In this document: piece after piece, positions 23,598 to 35,740 of the stretch
How the letters are laid out: every line of letters starts with the position of its first letter
How positions within the stretch are numbered: the stretch's first letter is position 1
Assembly (NCBI GenBank): GCA_964187785.1
Contig: OZ076409.1
Location: forward strand, 69,194,001 to 69,258,000
DNA from: Amphiscolops sp. MND2022
Lineage: Eukaryota
Reading direction: 5' to 3'
DNA length: 64,000 nucleotides
The notes under the pieces: model-generated
The model's database searches: none
Told to the model about the DNA's origin: nothing
Seen by the model: only the letters and a program-made list of their open reading frames with translations
Translations under genes and position numbers: made by a program

Positions 23598-26500
23598 ATT
23601 AATATTGTTTTTGGAATTGGAGTGTGAACGAGGTCTAGAAAATCTAGAGTCTCTTGGTCTTGAAAGTGGTCTGTACGAATTTGTATGTTTTGTGAATTTG
23701 TTATCTCTGGAATAGGAGCGTGATCTATATCTAGGGCGAGAGTTGTGTCGATACGGAGATCTGTATGAGGATCTGTATGGAGAGCGGTAAGACCGGGAGT
23801 CACGTTTGTACGTATCATATCGTGATCTAGAGTAGTGTGGAGGAGTAGTACTTTTGTCATAACTAAACCTGTCTCTAGATGTAGGTATCGATTTTGTGAT
23901 TAGTCTTTGTTGTAAAAATTGTCTCGTGAGGTACTTCGACTTCGGTATCGATTATCATAGTGTTTTGTTTTATCATTGGAAGGAGAACGAAAGTACTGTA
24001 CAAATGATTTTTGAGGAGATTTTGATCGAGCATATGCATCTCGTTTGTCTTCATCATCTCGTTGTTTTTTGAAACAAGCAGAGATGAAATGATTTGTTCT
24101 ATGACAATATGAAAAATATTTTTATATGCAGGTTTATTTTTGTTATTTGGGTCTTTGGGTTGTGTAAACATAAGTTGTTCTTGAGATGAAGGGTCAAGAG
24201 TTTGAGTGTTCAACTGTTTTGTAATATTGTTATTTTCAAGTGCAAGATCATGTGTTCTGATTTTGTCGTTTGCAATATCTTCAGCGTCAACAAGTTTTAC
24301 TAATGTATGAAAAGGAATTGAAGGTTCTAAAACAGTAGAAGTGTGTTTTACTTGTCTTTTGTTTGCAAAGTCTTTAAGGTGTTTTGGAAGTCCTTTTGTA
24401 AAAATTTCGTTACATTTGAGGTTAATAGTGGATGCATTCTCATTACACCAGCTTTTTTCAACCAGCTGTTGAACTTTGAGTGCAAAATGACGTACTGTTT
24501 CATTAATTTTCTTTGTTAAATTAAGGGCTTCAACTTGAGCATAGTAAGCGTTCTTTTGTGAAGAGAATTGTTTTTTGAAAGCTTGTACAAAGGCGTGCCA
24601 ATCGTGTTTATAGGTGTCATTTAAACGAATGTACCAACTTAGTGCTGTACCTGTTAAAGAGCATTGTATGAAAGCCATGCGACGAGCGTGCCAAAATTTA
24701 CATTCATGTTCTGATGTAGGTTGTAAACCGAAGGAAAATGTAACACGGGCATCAATATGTTGTAGGTATTCTTCAGGTGCATAATTATGATCTAGTCCAT
24801 CAAAAGGTTTAATGGGTTCTGATATAGAAGTAGAAGAGTTAATATATGTTGGGTGTGACATAGTATTGTGAGATATGGTAGATGGTGGTGCTGTATTGTA
24901 TGTAGGATTATTTCAAATATAAGTAAAAGAAGTGGTAGAAGTGTTGTGAAAGTGAGGATTGGTTCTAATTGTTGTTGAAGGAGGATTTTGCATTTGAAAT
25001 TGGGAGGTTTGTAATGTAGGTGTGATTGTGTTAGACATGTGTTGAGGAGGGAAAGTATTGAATGAATTGGGTCTGTTAGTATTTGTCTGAGATTGTTGTG
25101 TATGACTTGGATTTGTACTTGTAAGATTGTACGATAATGGATTAGTTAATATAGTTTGTAATGGAGCTCGAGAAAGATGCCTGGAAGTGGTGTAATTAAA
25201 GGGTGGATTCGAATGAATGGTGTTAATATTTAAAGTAGGTTGTGTAGTTTGTACTGGGTTAGTTTGAGCTGGAGTATAGGTTGAAGTTTGTATTTCAGTA
25301 GGTGATGATGGGGTTGGTGTTTGAAAATGTACTGTATTAGTGTTTTGTGTAATATGTTGTGTATTTGAAGAGCTTTGTTGAGGAAAATTATGGGTGTGAA
25401 TCTGAGTTGAGAATTGGGATGGAATAGAAGGAGGGTCATAATTTCGACGAGGTGATACTTGTGTCTGAGAGGGTTGTGTAATATTAGTATGTGATGAAGA
25501 TAAAACAGAGGTATTGTCTTGATTTGTAGTTAAAGTGTTTGGTTGTTAAATTCGTTTTGTGTGATATTGTGGGTAGGAATTTGTATAAGATTTGAGTCAT
25601 CAGTTATTGTAAAACTTCGTGTATTTTGTACAGTTTCTTCAGAGAATTCTGATGTATTTTGGATTGTAGCTGTCTCAGAAGGATTAGCTTCTTGTATATC
25701 GGAAGCTTGTGGTAATGGTGGATATAGTGGGTGTTCTTGATGAGGTTCTGGATTTTCGAAAAGAGTAGTAAAGTCTTCTTGTTCAGATTGTTCTGAATGT
25801 TGTCTAGTGTATAAAAGTTCAACATTGAATGTTTGTTGTTCAGGAGTTGTTTCAGGAGAAGTATCAGATGTAATAAAAGGTCGATTATCTGGTGTTTCAG
25901 AATGTTCAACTAAAAAGTTTTGGTCTAAGTTTATTTGTTCAAAATGTGTAACATTAAATGAGGTAAGATCTCTGTTTTGTAAATGTTTATTTTCATTTTT
26001 TATGATGTATGGTAAGAGTACTGTGTGTGTTAGTATTTGAGGGAAGTTGATGTAGGCTTGTTGATCTTTTTGTTCCCAGAGTAATTGATAGTTAAATCGG
26101 AAAAACTTTAATAGAAAGTGAGTAAAAATTTTGACTTGAGGGATAGTGTCATCTGTAAGAATAAAATTGTTGAAGAATCTGTATCGAAATTTTTTTTTGT
26201 AAATTATCTTGTTGTAGCCAGTAATGAGGGTTATCATTTCTTTGAATTCTTGTGTCAAGATCAGGGACCTCGAAATATTCAGATCTGTGTTTTAGTTCTT
26301 CTAGGTGAGAAGAACGATAAAGTGGTGTATCTTGGTTTTCATTGAATTCAATATGTTTTTGCATGTATGTGCGGAAAACATCTTGTATAGAGAGTGTAAT
26401 ATTTTGTGGATGGATGGTTCTATAAAACGTTCCAGGACTTATTCCTTTAACTGGAATAAAAATAACTTGAAAAGGGGTTTGTGATGATGTTGTTTCAAGT

Positions 26501-26700
26501 GTTTCATATCGAATGTAATAAAGATAAGAGTCACAATGTTCTCGTGCCATTGGGATAGTATGTACTGTATGGGGTTCTGTTTCAAAGGGAAGTGGATTTG
26601 TGTACTGAAAGAGGATGTTATTTAGGAAAGGTGTTACATCTTGTATAAGAGATCGATTTTGTCTTTTTTCTGTAGTTAATGTAAACGGGGTAGGAAGCAT
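23598..26700 (-). pseudogene. gag: Extended gag (~1000 codons): N-terminal globular domain, T/S/P/Q/N-rich linker, capsid, degenerate zinc knuckle, RS/RY-rich region in frame with protease
   Basis: ORFs 26149-26700, 25530-26258 and 23875-24861 join through frameshifts. Capsid-like PIKPFDG...LTGTALSWY...WHAFVQAFKKQF...ETVRHFA...FTKGLP; knuckle FSYCHRTNHFISAC (~24073-24115); RS-rich 23610-23880 reads into MIQQQD of pol. Confidence 0.85.
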
Positions 26701-27499
26701 TATATGGTGTAAAATTTAGTTAGTATAATAAGATTGCCATAAAGGATAGATGTATTGGAAAAGGAGATATTTTGTATTGAATTATGAATTATATGGTAAG
26801 ATTTGGTCTATGAATACAACTTGTAAGAATTTTGTAAGTGCTGTACTTAGGAAAAGAAGAAATGGGTTTTGTATATATTGTATAAGTGTATAAAAGGTGT
26901 AGTAAATACTAAGCAGTCCAAAAAGAGGTAGTACTATACTTGTTAACATAGAAAAAAAAGGTTGTACCTTAAAATTTTGGTATGAATGAAATTAAAAATT
27001 TGTCAAAAAAAGTGCAAGACCGGCAACTATAGCAACAAAGAACCAAAAGCAGACAATGAGCTTAACTACAATGTCTACTGATGACGACATGTACAATAAA
27101 GTTCTCTTAAGAGTATGTCAAGAAGTTTGTATAAAAATTTTTTATATATATGTGTGAAAAATGAGAGTTATATAAAGAATTAATTGATATATGTTATATA
27201 TTTTTAATTGTTATGTATTTGGATCCGTAAACTAGTTTTGAAAGAGATTTGTATGGTGTGTGTATGATAGAAGAGAGAGAAAGAAGTATTAGAATAGGGT
27301 TATGTGTAAAATATATGTTATATAGGTGTGCCAACTTAAAAGTTGATCCAAACGGCTAGAACCAAATCATTTTTACTAGCAGGAATCGCTGGATAGCACT
27401 GTAAATGGGCCAACACGTATCGCACGTCTGCGGTTGGAACGGAAGAAGGTAAGAAAGCCAACACGAATTCACTCAGAGGTGGTTGGAACGAAAAATTTT

Positions 27500-27631
27500 A
27501 CTGACAGAAAATACGCTAAGAAACGTAGTCCGAACCAAGAAATATGACTGACAGGAATTACGTTGAGGAACGCAGTCAGAACCAAGAATTGTAACTGACA
27601 GGAATTACGTGGAAGGACGTAGTCAGAACCA
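27500..27631. repeat. Three 47-bp tandem repeats in the 5' leader of the large LTR element
   Basis: Units start at 27500, 27547 and 27594; consensus ACTGACAGGAATTACGTnGAnGAACGTAGTCAGAACCAAGAA. Confidence 0.85.
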
Positions 27632-27804
27632 TAGCAACACAAATCAATTTCTAGTAGAAATCGGTTGCACGTTGAAGTTAATAACGGTATGCGATATTGA
27701 GAGGTGGAGAAACTGTGTGTCGAACAAAGAGATATTTGATGAGAAAGTCGAGAAAAGGTGTACAAAAATTGTAGAGTTGTGAAATGAGTGGGAGAGAAAG
27801 AAGA

Positions 27805-27822
27805 AGTTTCTTGGTCGCACCA
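27805..27822 (-). promoter_or_regulatory. Primer binding site of the large LTR element
   Basis: Minus strand reads LTR end CA, then AT, then TGGTGCGACCAAGAAAC; TGG complements the tRNA CCA end. The cognate tRNA was not identified. Confidence 0.75.
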
Positions 27823-27824
27823 AT

Positions 27825-28246
27825 TGAGCTGTTAAAAAGTGTGGTTGTAGTTTCTTTAAGATGTTTTATTATAGACATAAGAAGTCTAAGATTTTAACAG
27901 CGAGGTCGTCTTATTTCAAGTCTGTTTAGCTAGCTATTTCTACGTCTAATCTTTCTGAGATCTCAGTTGAAGTCTATGCCGAAAACACGACTATTTGGTG
28001 GATTAGAATCTCAATTTCTCCAAGTAGATATATCTTATCAACTAGGGTAGATTTAATTCATTTACATCAATAAGAAAGTGACAGTAACAGGATACATCTG
28101 AGAAGCTTGTTACAGGATATATTAAGTGAAGTTTCTTCTGAGATAATTAGCTTTCAAATGAAATTACATTTACTAATTACTTTGGTTAGGAGTTCAGAGT
28201 GTTTCAGATTTATAGAATCTTTGAGGACATGCATCATGGCATCACA
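27825..28246 (-). repeat. 5' LTR of the 17.7-kb element
   Basis: Direct repeat of 10543-10964; adjacent to the PBS and followed by TSD CTCG. Confidence 0.97.
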
Positions 28247-29499
28247 CTCGAAAAACTATTCAATATCCTACTTTCTGAAAAGCTAGAAAAGCGTTTCATT
28301 TTGGAAATAGGGTTTCTGATTTTCCTATATAGTAGCAAACTACTTCCCTCAACTAATGCTATTAGTAACTCGAATTAAGGATCCCTTCTGCTCTGCTTAA
28401 GTTTTCCGAATTAAGATTAGACCCCTAATTGATTTTTTACCTCCGCGACAGATCTTAATCTGATTCGCAGCATAGCCTCAGCGTTACTTAACGCTTGGCT
28501 TCTGAATTATTGCGACTTCGTTCAGCTTGAGTGGTAATGGGTAAGAATTTGGGCTCCAAAAACAACTTAAAATCAATTAGCTAATGAGAATCCTACTCAA
28601 TCCTAGATTGAAAACTGTTGAAGATGCAAGAGCTGTTAAGGTTTCTCTTTGACGGGTATATTCTCGGACAGTCCATTAGCAGCGACCTTCACCGGTATTT
28701 TGATTTTATTTTGCGCTAAAACCTTTTCGAAACAAAAGCCATTGCATATAACAACTACTTGATTCTCTTGAAAGAATTTTAATTTGTTGCAGAATTTTCA
28801 AATAGAACACGAAGGCCGCTCAACACTGAACGTTGATAGTGATACAGATTCATAACAAACTAACCAGTTTTCAATTGTTGGTCAACTTTCATCCGTAATG
28901 TTGCACTTTTTGCGATGGGGAATTTATTAAAATTTTGCAACAGATGCTAAAAATAATTATTTTCACTAACTGTGAAATTTCCCCAAAATTTTTTGGTGAG
29001 ATCTATTTTACAGCTAGCTCAAATGAAAAACAGAAACAATTCGGCAGAAAAACTATTCAGGTGAGGAAACTTCTGCACAGCAAAACTTCCATGAAACAAG
29101 TCGGGAACGTCATAAGTCCCGCTTAAAGCTCAAAAAGAGCCAAAACAACTCAAATCGTCAACGAATCTCTTCTGAAAAAATTTCAATTTCAAAGTATCAA
29201 AAAAACCAAACACGGGACACTCATGGTGTGTAAAAGCAATATTAGGAAAAACGTAAACGCATCAAAATAGTGATTAATTGTCAACTCAAGGCAAAAAGCA
29301 GAGTTATTATACCAAACGTACGTAGGACCATTGTTAGGAACCAAATTAAGACCGGTGATTTTTTTCGTGTATGCTTTGGGTTACTTTGTTCATCATCTTT
29401 TTGATGAACTCAACATCTACCTTCTTGACACAATGTTTAATTCTTTGGACTAAATCATCTCTTGAAGTTGCTTAAAGGTCGTTTTCGTATACCAATTGT

Positions 29500-29775
29500 T
29501 TAAAAATAGACCGACCAAATATGTTCAATAGATCTCAGCTGGGACGAGATTGGAAGGTTGTTTTCACGTTTCACAAAATCGATGTTCTCCGAAGTAAACC
29601 AAGTTTTAACGTCAGTTGGGTCGTGAGATGATGACAAATCTGGCCAGAAAAAAAACAGTTATCACGACCGCCACACTGTGTATCAACAAATGGTAGCAGA
29701 TGAGACTTGAGAACAGACTGATAGCGTTCTTTGTTCATCATTTCACATTTTCCTGTGCCATCAACACGACACACT
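29500..29775 (-). pseudogene. Tc1-like transposase DDE-domain remnant
   Basis: RVDGT...MNKERYQSVLKSHLLPF followed by PSQLRSIEHIW, resembling the Tc1 motifs G.MN...Y..IL...LLP and SPDLNPIENLW. Confidence 0.6.
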
Positions 29776-30385
29776 CTGTTATTGGAAACTGAGCACCATT
29801 AATTTTAACTCATCAATTTTCTTAGTAGGTCACACTTTAGTTTTACGAGGTGTTTGTTCGACGTTGGAAAAATAAAATTCCGCTTCGAAGTTATTTTGCA
29901 ACCAGAAAAAGTGAAATAACTTCCGTCGTACATTGACAGTGTTTTTTGAGTGCGTTCAGAATTTTTGTTTTTGGCCAAGTTTTTGGTGCGTTGGAGTTGA
30001 GGACCTGGGGCATCAGGATACGGCGCTTTTTTGCAGTACCTTATTTTTCACTGATAACTTCCTATTGTGAACTCCGCTGCCCACTTGACGTAAGAAGGAA
30101 GTATCGTCATTGATTTGCCAGAGTTCCGTGAGTAAAATGTAAATTGAAGACTTCGAAAACCTAAATTTTTTGAGTTTTCTACCTTGTCTTTTTCTTCAAT
30201 GAAAATGTTTTATGAGTCTTTTAGACGCCTCTATAGAGAATTGAGTGGTTGTTCGAGTTTTCATATTAGGAAAATTTCTTTGGTCTAGTATGAAAAATGA
30301 ATGGTCGCAAATAGAGTCAATGCAGAGTTGACAAATTTACGGACGTTAGTTTGTCCACAAATGGAAGTCAGAAAAATTCTAATTT

Positions 30386-30821
30386 GGCTGTTACACACCA
30401 TAATAACAGTTACATTTCGTCATATGCACTTTCAATTGATGCAGTTTCAACTGTTGGCAATTTCAACATTCCGCAATACCGACCCGAAATAATTTTGGTA
30501 AATTAGTCTTAATTCCGTTGCGTTATCATTTCAGTGCAGTAGTTAGTAATGAATCAATTAGCCTCAATTAGTGATATTCATTCATGAAGAAGTCAAAGGG
30601 TATCAAGATTGGTGTAACAATTAGCACAATTGAAATAAGCTATGTATGAAAATGAAAACCTAAAATAATTATAACTAGTTAGGATATAATAGCCAAAACT
30701 AGTTTATGTTGAAATTGCGGAAGGTTGTTGAAAATGCAATAGGTTGAAATTGCGAGGTTAAAATCGCAACGGTTGAAATTGCATAGGTTATAATTGCATA
30801 GGATAAAATGTCCTGACAGCC
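30386..30821. mobile_element. Putative MITE with arrays of GTTGAAATTGC subterminal motifs
   Basis: Imperfect TIR GGCTGTTAC / CTGACAGCC; GCAATTTCAAC-type motifs at the left are inverted relative to about 6 GTTGAAATTGC-like motifs at 30708-30800. Confidence 0.45.
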
Positions 30822-33800
30822 CTAAAAACACCTTTTTATCCAAAATTTAAATTCCGAAAAAACTTTCACACCTAATTAATTCGAATAAATATGTGAAAAT
30901 AGGGATGGGGAGACAAATTAAAAGGTTTGTACAATTTGAGATGTTTTGGCATCCGGCAGGAATCGATCACTTCGACCGGATTAAAAATTAAGTCAGAGTT
31001 TTAAGCAATATTCGTTTCGGTATATTTCCGAACATGTCAAGTGTTTTGTAGATGAAAATGATTGCATTATTATTGATTTAATCTGAGCTCGGTCCTTTTA
31101 CAAATTTCCTCTACTATTATAGTTTCATGCATGCCTTTGCTGTCAGCCTGGAACGTTTTTTTCTCTTTTTTTCTTCATTGCAATTTAGTCATTTTAGCCG
31201 CTAAAAATGCAAATGATTTGAATTTTGCAAATTCATCAAAGAACCATCCATATCCTACGGCTTTTCAAGTCAAGCTTGCAAACTTCTGAAAGGAGCCTAA
31301 TTTTTCCTGGATACTTTCATGTTTGGAAAAAAAGGACTTTTCAGCAGCGATGAGAAAGTCAACAGATGTTCATTTGGTTCCATTGATAAACGACAAAGTG
31401 TAGAGACTTTCTTCTTCGATTGCCGGCTCATGGGATAAAATTTCATCAAAGGATATTTCATGTTTACATTTACGAATTTCAAACAAAGCTCGCTGTTCAA
31501 AAACACTTTCATCAATTCTTCAAAAACAACCAAAATTGAGAACTGTGAACAAAGATTGTTTTCACAAGATGTCAGAAAATTGGTGAGTCATGTTTTATCG
31601 GTCAGCGTCAAGAGGTAAGGAAATATAGAGTTCATCTAAAAGTGCTTTTTGTGAAGAAAGAAATTTGAGGACAAGACCACAGCAGTGTCTTGGTTAATGG
31701 GAAAATCGATTTGAATTATTTGAAAGGATTTTGTTATGATAAATAACTTCGTTATGACACAATTCGTTAATTTTAATAGTTAAAACAATGCCTGTGGCTA
31801 CAGCGAGGTATAGATGTGAGAAAGAGATCAAAATTCCAGATTACTAAAATCTGTGGATAACTGTCAAATTATCTCCAAAAGAGTTGTTCACCTTTTGATC
31901 ACGTGTAAGATAATAACGGGAAAACGATTTGATAAATAAAATAAGCACTTTCTAAATCTCTAATCTGTATCACATTTGTGCTCATCGTGTTTTTTCTCAG
32001 ACAACCCACAGTGGGCTTTTAGTCAAGTTTGTTTTGATGAGGTTTAAAAGTTACCTTTTGGAATTTCTTCACGCCTGTTTTCACGCCATGTTTCGGTAAT
32101 TTAGCACCTCCGTGGTTGCAAAAATCGGAGTGGCAAACAGCATTTGCATGTCTTAGAAATCTGCATGACATGCGGAGATTTCTGTCAGTGACAATTGTGT
32201 TTATAGCTAAATTTGTATTGTGTGATAAAAACACCCGCGGCTCTTTCGAACAGCGTCAATGCCAATCTTCTGGTCTGAAGTTGTCAATCATTTTCAATTA
32301 ACTTTATTGCACTGCAGTAACAAACACTGATTCCATTACTGTGCACACTGTCACAGCAGCTACTTAAGGCTTTAATCCCAAGATTAAAATCTTCCCAATT
32401 CTGACAATAGGCCGCCGCGCCCCCTTTATTTGTATCAGTCGCGAGCCCCCCAAACTGTTCTCACTTTCACTTAGAGACCACTGATCGAATTACGGTTACA
32501 TGTCGTGCTGTTACTGGTTTGACTAACAAAACTATCACTTAATTTCGTTTATCATTTTCTAAGAGGTTAGTTTTATTTTTTAAACCAAGTTCCATAGTTC
32601 ATAATACCCTTCAATTTATGACATATCTAAAGCGATTGAAGCTTCTTTTGTATTTTGTTTTAATCTACTATTCGAATAAATCAGTAATAAAGTTGCAAAT
32701 ATTAATCAGCATTGGTAATGAGGAAACTTTTCAGGAACCCCGTAAGAACAACTTTGCCTCAAGTGCCTTCACTCCGACCGTTTCTTTTCCTTTTCTACAT
32801 TCTTGATTTGGACGAAAGTACCAAGAAAACGAAAACTGCATTGTTTGCCAATGAAATAACGATACGCAATTCACGAAGCAAAAATCCAAGGAGACTCGGA
32901 TAAAACAGTAGAGTGGTTGATTTCCCCTAAATTGACTCATGGTATAAACAAATGCAGTGCCAACGATTCAGTTTGGGGATTCCTTTAAGTCTCATGAAGG
33001 GAAGAAAAGTCCAGTATAGACAAACCTACAAAAGTTAGACGTTCACATTGATGCCCATATTAGTTTAGAAGAACACACCCACAAAAAGTTGGAAAAACTT
33101 GATTCATCAAGTTCGCTTTCTGTATCCTCGGATGTGTCTACTAATTTTTCTGTTTTCTGCTAAAGCGGCATAATCTTTTAAAGCGGCATGCAGTTCGTTA
33201 GTTTATGAAGTAGTAGCTGAGTGTAGCAGCAGAGTTTTGAGGACAATCCTTTACGAACAAAAATTCATTCTAACAGAACAGAATGCTCATTACTTTCGAA
33301 TTGTACCTTGTAGAATTTGTGAAGGAACTGATTGGACGTCTGAGAACCCAATGCACACTTGACCATAAAAAATAGCCTAACATCAACAGTTTTTCGGCAA
33401 CAGGTTGGAGTTCCAATAACGCCAACTTACAACAGAACGACCGAGCAGTAGTCAAGAAGAACCCTTCGGAAAGCAGTTTACGCAAAGTGATTACAAGAAA
33501 TCAATTCGATACTTCCAATGTAGACAAAATAACGCAGTCGCAAAGGGAACAATAAGCCTTTCACCTAATCTAAATACCATACTCCAATAAATGAATTGGA
33601 CCTCTGATTGTAAAAATGATTTGGACTCGATTACAGGAGACCAAAATCTTCTGAACGAAAAAAGTATTTTGGAAAATTGTAAAACTAAAAGTTTAATTAA
33701 TTTTAACGTTGATTACAAACATTTTTGTTTGAAAATTCTGAGATCAATATACAAAAACTTAGAAACTATGCATTCTACTACTGATTTCGTTTCTAACTTA

Positions 33801-34385
33801 TTTTAGTTCAAATTTCGAAAACCTTGAGTGTTGAAAAAATTCATTTTTAATCTTTCAGACGCTTTTTCAACAAATGTATCCACTGAAATATTTTTTATTG
33901 CAGAACTTTGAAAAGAGACCTTCTTGAATAGGACATTTTAGAGAAAAAACTTGAATCCAATGTATTGAGATCGGGCATAAAAGTACTTTTGAAAGAACCC
34001 TGATATAATTATAGTTGTCTTCTGTAAACAAAACATATTATCGTCATTAGTGGATGGATTAGTCTCTGTCTATCTTACAAAATAGTCTAATTTTGCAAAA
34101 ATTTGCTCCCAGGTCAAAATTGAGAAGTAATACAAGTTGTTGAAAGTGATATAACAAAGCTACAAAATTGTTTGCAAAACTTATTCTGAAGTTTTCTCAC
34201 AAATTTAATGATATTTGATCAAGCAGTTTTTATTACCTTCAAAATAACTCTGGGTTCGAACTAATTTAATTTCAGTCCAAATCATTTTTTACAAGCAGCG
34301 GTTCAATTCACTTATTACAGTATGGTATATGTCATTGACAATGAGGTGTTATTCTCACTGAATTCTAACATAAACAAGTCTAATC

Positions 34386-34871
34386 TGTGGGTGTTCAAAA
34401 GTTAATCGCAATTAATTGAACGCATTTTTTTGTGAAACGGTTAAGTAACCGATTTTTGATGACATAGCCGATCGATTAATCGGTTAATTGCCGGGCATTA
34501 GCTTGAAAACAATCAAAAGGGAACAAACTCACTTTTGCTCAAGTATTACTGAATAAATCAATATTATTCAACACTGATAGCATCTTGAACAGTCTTTTTG
34601 TCCCACATTTTCTGTCCACCTTGAGAAAAAGCTGCAGTTCCGTATTTGCTGGTAAAAACGTTCACCAAAATCATTGAGAGCATATCCGGCAGCACTGAAA
34701 AGTCGCTCAACCAAGTCTGAAGGGAGACATAGTGAAATAGATCCCTATAATGTATTAGTTTTAACTAGCCAATAATCGTCAATTTATCGATTTGCTTCGA
34801 TCAATTTCCTGTTTTTAATACATGCATGCGATCGCAAATTCGATTTGCCGATTAACCTTTGAACATCCGTG
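34386..34871 (-). mobile_element. Non-autonomous hAT derivative retaining a dimerisation-domain fragment
   Basis: TIRs GGGTGTTCAAAAGTTAATCG / CGATTAACCTTTGAACATCC; near-TSD GTCTAATC / GTCCAATC; minus strand PSDLVERLFSAAGY...LPANTELQLFLKV (~34615-34725). Confidence 0.7.
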
Positions 34872-35016
34872 GTCCAATCAATTCAAAAGCCTACAAGTGG
34901 AAGAAGTTTCCAATAAGTGAGAGAATAAATGAGACATGTTGGATTTTAGGGAGAAGGATTGAAAATCTTCTTGGCTCATTCCCTATTTTTGAATGTGCTT
35001 TGTAGTTTTATGTTGA

Positions 35017-35740
35017 TTTTTAGTCGGCGCTTTTCTTAAGAAAAGAGCCCGACTATTACAGTCACTCGTTTTTTTTTCTTTTTTTTAAGACAGACTCGAA
35101 GCGACGAACGTTAAAATTAACGTTCAACTACTAAATACAGTACTAAACTACTGGACCGGTAAAGGCAAACGGGGAGCGCATTCATTTACTTTTTAAACGT
35201 TATCTACAAGCCCGGACGGGACTAAAGGGTCCCCCCTTTCGATTTTTTTTGGCACTGTGCGACTTTTTTTCGAAATTTTTTTAATGTCCCCAAAAGGTTC
35301 CCTCCTTTGAGTTTTTTGTTATTATATTTAAGAAAGTCTCGAATGCGACGAAATTTGTGTTCAGTTTGATCAACTAAACGATTACCTGGGAACCGCATCT
35401 AAGTTATTGCAAAGATGATCCCTCCTTTCATTTTTTTTAAACGTAACAAAACCGGACGAGACTGAAGGGTCCCCCCTTTGATTTTTTTTCTGCACTGTGC
35501 GAATTTTTTTTTAAAAATTTTTGTCCTCCTTCGATTTCATTGAAGTCCCCCTCGTAATATCCGGAGTAAAGCGCTATATCCGAACTTTTGACGTTATATC
35601 CGAACTATTTTGTGTTTTAGTAAGGAGGAGGCGGAGGTTCGAAAACAGGAGTTTTTCATGAAAACGTCCTACGCATTTTTTGAAAACTGCGCTTTTTGAG
35701 TCTTAGATATAGCGCCGACTTTAGACGTTCACGTCTTGTT
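35017..35740 (+). mobile_element. Non-autonomous Helentron/HINE-like repeat, copy 3
   Basis: TTTTTAGTCGGCGCTTTTCTTAAGAAAAGAGCCCGACT ... GATATAGCGCCGACTTTAGACGTTCACGTCTTGTT; internal CCGGACG(A/G)GACT(A/G)AAGGGTCCCCC module duplicated and shared with copy 2. Confidence 0.6.

Larger units (their letters stand above)
10543..28246 (-). mobile_element. Full-length 17.7-kb Ty3/Gypsy-like (Metaviridae) LTR retroelement with env-like and accessory ORFs (endogenous virus-like), mildly decayed
   Basis: Two 422-bp LTRs (TG...CA); TSD CTCG at 10539-10542 and 28247-28250; PBS; gag-PR-RT-RH-IN domain order; glycoprotein gene downstream. Confidence 0.95.

Noticed and set aside
27500..27631. CRISPR-like array
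   Set aside because: The units are contiguous tandem repeats without unique spacers, there are no cas genes, and the context is a eukaryotic retroelement.
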